A stretch of 64,000 bases of DNA. Source: Glycera tridactyla. Taxonomy: Eukaryota. A program made the translations under genes and the position numbers. Within the stretch, counting starts at the first letter, position 1; every line of letters starts with the position of its first letter. This document shows positions 27,301 to 39,300 of the stretch, one piece after another. The stretch is taken from positions 46,872,001 through 46,936,000 of the forward strand of contig OZ286471.1 in assembly GCA_965644265.1 (NCBI GenBank). The letters run 5' to 3'. Below the pieces are notes generated by a model. The model did no database searches. It saw nothing but the letters and a program-made list of their open reading frames with translations, and had not been told where the DNA came from.

Positions 27301-30300
27301 CTTCCTACAGAAAATACAACCATCACGAATTGTTCAGACTTCATTGTCATCACCATAATATATTTCATGGGTTCATTCACTGTATTTTCCAGATGGTTGT
27401 TATATACCTACAGTGAGTGGAACTGCCAATGGTGCTAGCTGTGTCTTTCCATTTTACTACAGAGGTGTTACATACTGGCAATGCACTGTCGTAAAGAATA
27501 ACAACCGGGCATGGTGTTCTACAACTACCTTCTATGATGTTGACAAACGATGGGGCAATTGTTTAGGTAGGCAAGTTGCGGATAAACTGCTAGTTTCGTT
27601 GTGAACGTAACTTGTTATGGTGTATTTTCATTTGACCATGAATATATTGAATTTGTGACGCTCGTCCATCTGGACCTGAATTTTGTGAGTTGATTTTGAA
27701 AGTTCAGGGTATCTTCGATGCAGTCCTGCATGACGCTGATAAGTAACTGAGATGATAGTGAACGAAACATTACTCCTCAGATTGTTGTTTGTTATTCAAT
27801 CAAACAGTGCGTGATTATGATATGTAGTTCTCGTTAAAACAATTTGCAAGTCTCAAATTGAATTGCAAATCAAACAATTGACCATTTCCTGCATACAGCC
27901 TTCTCTACATTATCCTAGATCTCAAATGCAGTGAATCCACCCTTGTTGTATCAACATTAGAAACAGACAAATACTGGCAATGTGCTGTCGTGAAGAACAA
28001 CAACCGGGCATGGTGTTCTACAACTACCTTCTATGATGTTGACAAAAAATGGGGCAATTGTTTAGGTAGGCAAGTTGGTAATAGACTGCTAGTTTTGTTG
28101 TGAACTCAACTTGTTACTGTGAATTTTAATTTCATGCTGAGTGTTCCATGAATATATTGAATTTGTAATGCACATATATCTGGACCTGAAGTTTGTGAGT
28201 TGATTCCGAAGATTCAGAGAGTATCTTTGAAGCAGTCCTTGATGGCACTGATAAGTAACTGAGATATCCATAACCAAAACATTCTTACATCCGATTGTTG
28301 ATTGTTACTCAATTCAACAATGTGTGATTATGATATGTAGAATTTCGTTGAAGCAATTTGCAACTGTCAAATCGAATTGCACATTCACCAGTTGACCATT
28401 TCCTGCATACTGCCTGCTCTACATTATCCTAGATCTCAAATGCAGCGAATCCACCCTCGTTGAATCAACATTAGTAACAGAGGCATCCTCATCGGCATCA
28501 CCCAGGCCAACCATACTTCCGACACAGAAAGTCACTCTACCAGGTAAATAACATCTGGCACCTATATTGTATGAGGTTTTTGGCCATTCTCACGAATTCA
28601 TTAGGTGATAATATAGGAATGCAAACTCTTATTACATCTCCGCAAAAGATTTTGTTTGCCAATCCAGTGACTGCATGATCTGGAATTGCCATTTTGAGTT
28701 TGTTCCTCCAGAAATGCACTAGTTCATAAGTGAGTGTATTCACCTCTGAAATGTCACTAATGCGAATTGGTCAAAATAATGAGCAATTTTTATCTACAAC
28801 TGGTTGGGAAGCTGTTACTCTGGCATTTTGGTGACAAGTTGGTGATTTCAGACTACCACTCCCTGTTTTGAGAGCATTTTTTTGCCACTTCCTTTGAACA
28901 ACAACACTGCAGAATTGGTCTCACTGTATCATCAAACGTTATGTGGTTCATTCCTGAAAAGGCAATTAGTATTCCCTAAATACTTCATGCTCCCTACAAA
29001 CCACTTTTTCGGATGGTTACAGGATACTGTTGCATGCATATGTAGTTCTTCCTCTAGGAATTTTAGGAACACAATAGCTGGTAATTAAATTGATTTATCA
29101 ATATCACTTCCTACAGAAAATACAACATCACAAATTGAATGGACCTCATTGTCATCTCCATAATATATTTCATGGGTTCATTCACTGCATTTTCCAGATG
29201 GTTGCTATATACCTACCGTGGGTGGAAATGCCAATGGTGATCGCTGTGTCTTTCCATTTTTCTACGGAGGTGATACATACTGGCAATGTACTGTCATGAA
29301 GAACAACAACCGGGCATGGTGTTCTACAACGACCTTCTATGATGTTGACAAACGATGGGGCAATTGCTTAGGTAGGCAAGTTGCGGATAAACTGCTACTT
29401 TCGTTGTGAACGTAACTTGTTACAGTGTATTTTCATTGGACCATGAATATTTCGAATTTGTGATGCTCGTCCATCTGGACCTGAATTTTGTGAGTTGATT
29501 TTGAAATTCAGAGGATCTTTGATGCAGTCCTGCATGACGCTGATAAGTATCTGAGATGATAGTGAACGAAACATTCCTCCTCCTTCTATGATGTTGACAA
29601 AAAATGGGGTAATTGTTCAGGTGGGCATGTTGGTGATATTTATTGTGAACTCAACTTATTACGGTGTATTTTAATTTTATACCGAGTGTGCCATGGATAT
29701 AGTGAATTTGAGATGCAAGTCCATCTGGACCTGAAGTTTTTGAGTTGATTCCTAACGTTTAAAGAGTATTTTTGAAGCAGTCCTGCATGGCACTGATAAG
29801 TAACTGAGATATTGGCAACCAAAACATTCCACCATCAGATTGTTGATTGTTATTCAATTCAACAGTGTGCGATTATGATATGTAGAATTTCGTTGAAGCA
29901 ATTTGCACATGTCAAATTGAATTGCACATTCACAAATTGACCATTTCCTGCATACTGCCTGCTCTACATTTTCCTAGATCTCAAATGCAGCGAATCCACC
30001 TTTGTTGCATCAACGTTAGTAACAGAAGCATCCTCATCGGCATCACCCAGGCCAACCATACTTCCAACACAGCAAGTCACTCTACCAGGTAATATACCTC
30101 TGGCAGCTATATCATGAAGTTTCTAGCCACAAATTCATCAGGCAACAATATACGAATACAAACCCACGTCACATCGGCCAAAAAAATATTCGTATGCCGC
30201 TTCTGTGACCGCATGATCTGGAATTGCCATTTGAAGCTTGATATCCAAAAATGCACCAGTTCATAAGTGATGGATCATGCCTCTGGAATGTCACTCAGGG

Positions 30301-33300
30301 TAATTGGTCACAAATAATGAGCAATGTCTGTCTGTAAATGGTCAACAGATCTTTTCCTCCTCTTCCTAACAGCATTCAATCAGCACTCCCCTTGGATCTA
30401 CAACATTGCGGAATTGTGATACACTGTATCATCTAACCTTATGTACTTCAATCTCGAAAAGCCATACAGTATCTCCTTAATACCTCACGCTTCAAAGAAA
30501 GCATGTTTCGAATTGGTTAAAGAATATTGTCCAATACATATGTAGTTCTCCCCTCTGCAATAACAACTACCTCAATCGATTCATCAGTTTCACGTTCTAC
30601 AGAAAATACAACCATCACAGATTGCATGAACTCCATTGCCCTCTCCATGATATATTTCATGGGTTCATTCACTGCATTTTCCAGATGGTTGCTATATACC
30701 TACAGTGGGTGGAACTGCCAATGGTGCTAGATGTGTCTTTCCATTTTTCTACGGAGGTGATACATACTGGCAATGTACTGTCGTGAAGAACAACAACCGG
30801 GCATGGTGTTCTACGACTACCTTCTATGATGTTGACAAAAAATGGGGCAATTGTTTAGGTAGGCAAGTTGGTAATAGACTGCTAGTTTTGTTGTGAACTC
30901 AACTTGTTTCCATGGATTTTCATTTCATACTGATTGTGCCATGAATATATTGAATTTGTGATGCACGTCAATCTTGACCTGAAGTTTGTGAGTTGATTCC
31001 GAAGATTCAGAGAGTATCTTTGAAGCAGTCCTGCATGGCAATGATAAGTAACTGAGATATTGGTAACCAAAACATTCTTACATCCAATTGTTGATTGTTA
31101 CTCAATTCAAGAGTGTGTGATTATGATATGTAGAATTTCGTTGAAGCAATTTTCAACTGTCAAATTGAATTGCACATTCACCAATTGACCATTTCCTGCA
31201 TACTGCATGCTCTACATTTTCCTAGATCTCAAATGTGGCGAATCCACCCTTGTTGCATCAACATTAGTAACAGAGGCATCCTCATCGGCATCACCCAGGC
31301 CAACCATACTTCCAACACAGCAAGTCACTCTACCAGGTAATATACCTCTGGCAGCTATATCATGAAGTTTCTGGCCATTCTCAAAAAGGCATCAGGTGAT
31401 GTTATACGAATGCGAAACCATACTACATCTGTCAAAAAAAAGATTGTTTGCCGCTTCTGTGACTGCATGATCTGGAATTGCCATTTGGAGCCTGTTATCC
31501 AGAAAATGCACTAGTTCATAAGTGATGGTTAATGTCTCTGGGATGTCACTGAGGCGAATTGGTCAGCAGTAATGACCAATGTCTATCTGTAATTGGTCGC
31601 ATATTCTTCCCTCCTCTTCCAAACAGTATTTACTCAGCACTCCCTTTGATCTACAATATTGTGGAATTGGATACACTGTATCATCCAACATTATGCACTT
31701 CAATCTTGAGAAGCCATTTAGTATCTCCGCAATACTTCATGCTTCAAACAGACCGCTTTTTCGGATTAGTTAAAGAACATTGTCCCCTTTAGGAATTTCA
31801 GGCAATCAATAGCTCCTAACTCACTTGATTTATCAATTCACTTTCTACAGAAAATATGACTATCACAGATTGCATGGACTCCATTGCCATCGCCATGATA
31901 TATTTCATGGGTCCATTCACTGCATTTTCCAGATGGTTGCTATATACCTACAGTGGGTGGAACTGCCAATGGTGCTAGCTGTGTCTTTCCATTTTTCTAC
32001 GGAGGTGACAAATACTGGCAATGTACTGTCGTGAAGAACAACAACCGGGCATGGTGTTCTACAACTACCTTCTATGATGTTGACAAACAATGGGGCAATT
32101 GTTTAGGTAGGCAAGTTGGTAATAGACTGCCAGTTTTGTTGTGAACTCAACTTGTTTCCATGGATTTTCATTTCATACTGATTGTGCCATGAATATATTG
32201 AATTTGTGATGCACGTCAATCTTGACCTGAAGTTTGTGAGTTGATTCCGAAGATTCAGAGAGTATCTTTGAAGCAGTCCTGCATGGCAATGATAAGTAAC
32301 TGAGATAATGGTAACCGAAACATTCTTACATCCGATTGTTGATTGTTACTCAATTCAACAGTGTGTGATTATGATATGTAGAATTTCGTTGAAGCAATTT
32401 ACACATTCACCAATTGACCATTTCCTGCATACTGCCTGCTCTACATTTTCCTAGATCTCAAATGTGGCGAATCCACCCTTGTTGCATCAACATTAGTAAC
32501 AGAGGCATCCTCATCGGCATCACCCAGGCCAACCATACTTCCAACACAGCAAGTCACTCTACCAGGTAATATACCTCTGGCAGCTATATCATGAAGTTTC
32601 TGGCCATTCTCAAAAAGGCATCAGGTGATGTTATACGAATGCAAAACCATACTACATCTGTCAAAAAAAAGATTGTTTGCCGCTTCTGTGACTGCATGAT
32701 CTGGAATTGCCATTTGGAGCCTGTTATCCAAAAATGCACTAGTTCATAAGTGATGGTTAATGTCTCCGGGATGTCACTGAGGTAGATTGGTCAGCAGTAA
32801 TGACCAATGTCTATCTGTAATTGGTCGCATATTCTTCCCTCCTCTTCCAAACAGTATTTACTCAGCACTCCCTTTGATCTACAATATTGTGGAATCGGAT
32901 ACACTGTATCATCCAACATTATGTACTTCAATCTTGAGAAGCCATTTACTATCTCCGCAATACTTCATGCTTCAAACAGACCGCTTTTTTGGATTAGTTA
33001 AAGAATATTGTCCAAAACATATGTAGTTCTCCCCTTTAGGAATTTCAGGCAATCAATAGCTCCTAACTCGCTCGATTATTCAGTTTCACTTTCTACAAAA
33101 AATACTACTATCACAGATTGCATGGACTCCATTGCCATCGCCATGATATATTTCATGGGTCCATTCACTGCATTTTCCAGATGGTTGCTATATACCTACA
33201 GTGGGTGGAACTGCCAATGGTGCTAGCTGTGTCTTTCCATTTTTCTACGGAGGTGACAAATACTGGCAATGTACTGTCGTGAAGAACAACAACCGGGCAT

Positions 33301-36300
33301 GGTGTTCTACAACTACCTTCTATGATGTTGACAAACAATGGGGCAATTGTTTAGGTAGGCAATTTGGTAATAGACTGCTAGTTTTATTGTGAACTCAACT
33401 TGTTTCCATGGATTCTCATTTCATACTGAGTGTGCCATGAAGATATTGAATCTGTGATGCATGTCTATCTTGACCTGAAGTTTGTGAGTTGATTCCGAAG
33501 ATTCAGAGAGTATCTTCGAAGCAGTTCTTGATGGTACTGATAAGTAACTGAGATATTGGTAACCCAAACATTCTTACATCCGATTGTTGATTGTTACTCA
33601 ATTCAACAGTGTGTGATTATGATATGTAGAATTTCGTTGAAGCAATTTACACATTCACCAATTGACCATTTCCTGCATACTGCCTGCTCTACATTTTCCT
33701 AGATCTCAAATGTGGCGAATCCACCCTTGTTGCATCAACATTAGTAACAGAGGCATCCTCATCGGCATCACCCAGGCCAACCATACTTCCAACACAGCAA
33801 GTCACTCTACCAGGTAATATACCTCTGGCAGCTATATCATGAAGTTTCTGGCCATTCTCAAAAAGGCATCAGGTGATGTTATACGAATGCAAAACCATAC
33901 TACATCTGTCAAAAAAAAGATTGTTTGCCGCTTCTGTGACTGCATGATCTGGGATTGCCATTTGGAGCCTGTTATCCGAAAATGCACTAGTTCATAAGTG
34001 ATGGTTAATGTCTCCGGGATGTCACTGAGGCAGATTGGTCAGCAATAATGACCAATGTCTATCTGTAATTGGTCGCATATTCTTCCCTCCTCTTCCAAAC
34101 AGTATTTACTCAGCACTCCCTTTGATCTACAATATTGTGGAATTGGATACACTGTATCATCCAACAATATGTACTTCAATCTTGAGAAGCCATTCAGTAT
34201 CTCTGCAATGCTTCATGCTTCAAACAGAGCGCTTTTTTTGGATTAGTTAAAGAATATTGTCCAAAACATATGTAGTTCTCCCCTTTAGGAATTTCAGGCA
34301 ATCAATAGCTCCTAACTCGCTCGATTATTCAGTTTCACTTTCTACAGAAAATACTACTATCACAGATTGCATGGACTCCATTGCCATCGCCATGATATAT
34401 TACATGGGACCATTCACTGCATTTTCCAGATGGTTGCTATATACCTACAGTGGGTGGAACTGCCAATGGTGCTAGCTGTGTCTTTCCATTTTTCTACGGA
34501 GGTGACAAATACTGGCAATGTACTGTCGTGAAGAACAACAACCGGGCATGGTGTTCTACAACTACCTTCTATGATGTTGACAAACAATGGGGCAATTGTT
34601 TAGGTAGGCAAGTTGGTAATAGACTGCTAGTTTTATTGTGAACTCAACTTGTTTCCATGGATTTTCATTTCATACTGATTGTGCCATGAATATATTGAAT
34701 TTGTGATGCACGTCAATCTTGACCTGAAGTTTGTGAGTTGATTCCGAAGACTCAGAGAGTATCTTTGAAGCAGTCCTGCATGGCAATGATAAGTAACTGA
34801 GATAATGGTAACCAAAACATTCTTACATCCGATTGTTGATTGTTACTCAATTCAACAGTGTGTGATTATGATATGTAGAATTTCGTTGAAGCAATTTACA
34901 ACTGTCAAATTGAATTGCACATTCACCAATTGACCATTTCCTGCATACTGCCTGCTCTACATTTTCCTAGATCTCAAATGTGGCGAATCCACCCTTGTTG
35001 CATCAACATTAGTAACAGAGGCATCCTCATCGGCATCTCCCAGGCCAAGCATTCTTCCAACACAGCAAGTCACTCTACCAGGTAATATACCTCTGGCAGC
35101 TATATCATGAAGTTTCTGGCCATTCTCAAAAAGGCATCAGGTGATGGTATACTAATGGAAACCATACTACATCTGTCAAAAAAAAGATTGTTTGCCGCTT
35201 CTGTGACTGCATGATCTGGAATTGCCATTTGGAGCCTGTTATCCGAAAATGCACTAGTTCATAAGTGATGGTTAATGTCTCCGGGATGTCACTGAGGCAG
35301 ATTGGTCAGCAGTAATGACCAATGTCTATCTGTAATTGGTCGCATATTCTTCCCTCCTCTTCCAAACAGTATTTACTCAGCACTCCCTTTGATCTACAAT
35401 ATTGTGGAATTGGATACACTGTATCATCCAACATTATGCACTTCAATCTTGAGAAGCCATTTAGTATCTCCGCAATACTTCATGCTTCAAACAGACCGCT
35501 TTTTTGGATTAGTTAAAGAACATTGTCCCCTTTAGGAATTTCAGGCAATCAATAGCTCCTAACTCACTTGATTTATCAATTCACTTTCTACAGAAAATAT
35601 GACTATCACAGATTGCATGGACTCCATTGCCATCGCCATGATATATTTCATGGGTCCATTCACTGCATTTTCCAGATGGTTGCTATATACCTACAGTGGG
35701 TGGAACTGCCAATGGTGCTAGCTGTGTCTTTCCATTTTTCTACGGAGGTGACAAATACTGGCAATGTACTGTCGTGAAGAACAACAACCGGGCATGGTGT
35801 TCTACAACTACCTTCTATGATGTTGACAAACAATGGGGCAATTGTTTAGGTAGGCAAGTTGGTAATAGACTGCCAGTTTTGTTGTGAACTCAACTTGTTT
35901 CCATGGATTTTCATTTCATACTGATTGTGCCATGAATATATTGAATTTGTGATGCACGTCAATCTTGACCTGAAGTTTGTGAGTTGATTCCGAAGATTCA
36001 GAGAGTATCTTTGAAGCAGTCCTGCATGGCAATGATAAGTAACTGAGATAATGGTAACCGAAACATTCTTACATCCGATTGTTGATTGTTACTCAATTCA
36101 ACAGTGTGTGATTATGATATGTAGAATTTCGTTGAAGCAATTTACACATTCACCAATTGACCATTTCCTGCATACTGCCTGCTCTACATTTTCCTAGATC
36201 TCAAATGTGGCGAATCCACCCTTGTTGCATCAACATTAGTAACAGAGGCATCCTCATCGGCATCACCCAGGCCAACCATACTTCCAACACAGCAAGTCAC

Positions 36301-39300
36301 TCTACCAGGTAATATACCTCTGGCAGCTATATCATGAAGTTTCTGGCCATTCTCAAAAAGGCATCAGGTGATGTTATACGAATGCAAAACCATACTACAT
36401 CTGTCAAAAAAAAGATTGTTTGCCGCTTCTGTGACTGCATGATCTGGAATTGCCATTTGGAGCCTGTTATCCAAAAATGCACTAGTTCATAAGTGATGGT
36501 TAATGTCTCCGGGATGTCACTGAGGTAGATTGGTCAGCAATAATGACCAATGTCTATCTGTAATTGGTTGCATATTCTTCCCTCCTCTTCCAAACAGTAT
36601 TTACTCAGCACTCCCTTTGATCTACAATATTGTGGAATCGGATACACTGTATCATCCAACATTATGTACTTCAATCTTGAGAAGCCATTTACTATCTCCG
36701 CAATACTTCATGCTTCAAACAGACCGCTTTTTTGGATTAGTTAAAGAATATTGTCCAAAACATATGTAGTTCTCCCCTTTAGGAATTTCAGGCAATCAAT
36801 AGCTCCTAACTCGCTCGATTATTCAGTTTCACTTTCTACAAAAAATACTACTATCACAGATTGCATGGACTCCATTGCCATCGCCATGATATATTTCAAG
36901 GGTCCATTCACTGCATTTTCCAGATGGTTGCTATATACCTACAGTGGGTGGAACTGCCAATGGTGCTAGCTGTGTCTTTCCATTTTTCTACGGAGGTGAC
37001 AAATACTGGCAATGTACTGTCGTGAAGAACAACAACCGGGCATGGTGTTCTACAACTACCTTCTATGATGTTGACAAACAATGGGGCAATTGTTTAGGTA
37101 GGCAATTTGGTAATAGACTGCTAGTTTTATTGTGAACTCAACTTGTTTCCATGGATTCTCATTTCATACTGAGTGTGCCATGAAGATATTGAATCTGTGA
37201 TGCATGTCTATCTTGACCTGAAGTTTGTGAGTTGATTCCGAAGATTCAGAGAGTATCTTCGAAGCAGTTCTTGATGGTACTGATAAGTAACTGAGATATT
37301 GGTAACCCAAACATTCTTACATCCGATTGTTGATTGTTACTCAATTCAACAGTGTGTGATTATGATATGTAGAATTTCGTTGAAGCAATTTACACATTCA
37401 CCAATTGACCATTTCCTGCATACTGCCTGCTCTACATTTTCCTAGATCTCAAATGTGGCGAATCCACCCTTGTTGCATCAACATTAGTAACAGAGGCATC
37501 CTCATCGGCATCACCCAGGCCAACCATACTTCCAACACAGCAAGTCACTCTACCAGGTAATATACCTCTGGCAGCTATATCATGAAGTTTCTGGCCATTC
37601 TCAAAAAGGCATCAGGTGATGTTATACGAATGCAAAACCATACTACATCTGTCAAAAAAAAGATTGTTTGCCGCTTCTGTGACTGCATGATCTGGGATTG
37701 CCATTTGGAGCCTGTTATCCGAAAATGCACTAGTTCATAAGTGATGGTTAATGTCTCCGGGATGTCACTGAGGCAGATTGGTCAGCAATAATGACCAATG
37801 TCTATCTGTAATTGGTCGCATATTCTTCCCTCCTCTTCCAAACAGTATTTACTCAGCACTCCCTTTGATCTACAATATTGTGGAATTGGATACACTGTAT
37901 CATCCAACAATATGTACTTCAATCTTGAGAAGCCATTCAGTATCTCTGCAATGCTTCATGCTTCAAACAGAGCGCTTTTTTTGGATTAGTTAAAGAATAT
38001 TGTCCAAAACATATGTAGTTCTCCCCTTTAGGAATTTCAGGCAATCAATAGCTCCTAACTCGCTCGATTATTCAGTTTCACTTTCTACAGAAAATACTAC
38101 TATCACAGATTGCATGGACTCCATTGCCATCGCCATGATATATTACATGGGACCATTCACTGCATTTTCCAGATGGTTGCTATATACCTACAGTGGGTGG
38201 AACTGCCAATGGTGCTAGCTGTGTCTTTCCATTTTTCTACGGAGGTGACAAATACTGGCAATGTACTGTCGTGAAGAACAACAACCGGGCATGGTGTTCT
38301 ACAACTACCTTCTATGATGTTGACAAACAATGGGGCAATTGTTTAGGTAGGCAAGTTGGTAATAGACTGCTAGTTTTATTGTGAACTCAACTTGTTTCCA
38401 TGGATTTTCATTTCATACTGATTGTGCCATGAATATATTGAATTTGTGATGCACGTCAATCTTGACCTGAAGTTTGTGAGTTGATTCCGAAGACTCAGAG
38501 AGTATCTTTGAAGCAGTCCTGCATGGCAATGATAAGTAACTGAGATAATGGTAACCAAAACATTCTTACATCCGATTGTTGATTGTTACTCAATTCAACA
38601 GTGTGTGATTATGATATGTAGAATTTCGTTGAAGCAATTTACAACTGTCAAATTGAATTGCACATTCACCAATTGACCATTTCCTGCATACTGCCTGCTC
38701 TACATTTTCCTAGATCTCAAATGTGGCGAATCCACCCTTGTTGCATCAACATTAGTAACAGAGGCATCCTCATCGGCATCTCCCAGGCCAAGCATTCTTC
38801 CAACACAGCAAGTCACTCTACCAGGTAATATACCTCTGGCAGCTATATCATGAAGTTTCTGGCCATTCTCAAAAAGGCATCAGGTGATGGTATACTAATG
38901 GAAACCATACTACATCTGTCAAAAAAAAGATTGTTTGCCGCTTCTGTGACTGCATGATCTGGAATTGCCATTTGGAGCCTGTTATCCGAAAATGCACTAG
39001 TTCATAAGTGATGGTTAATGTCTCCGGGATGTCACTGAGGCAGATTGGTCAGCAATAATGACCAATGTCTATCTGCAATTGGTCGCATATTCTTCCCTCC
39101 TCTTCCAAACAGTATTTACTCTGCACTCCCTTTGATCTACAATATTGTGGAATTGGATACACTGTATCATCCAACATTATGTACTTCAATCTTGAGAAGC
39201 CATTTACTATCTCCGCAATACATCATGCTTCAAACAGACCGCTTTTTTTGGATTAGTTAAAGAATATTGTCCAAAACATATGTAGTTCTCCCCTTTAGGA

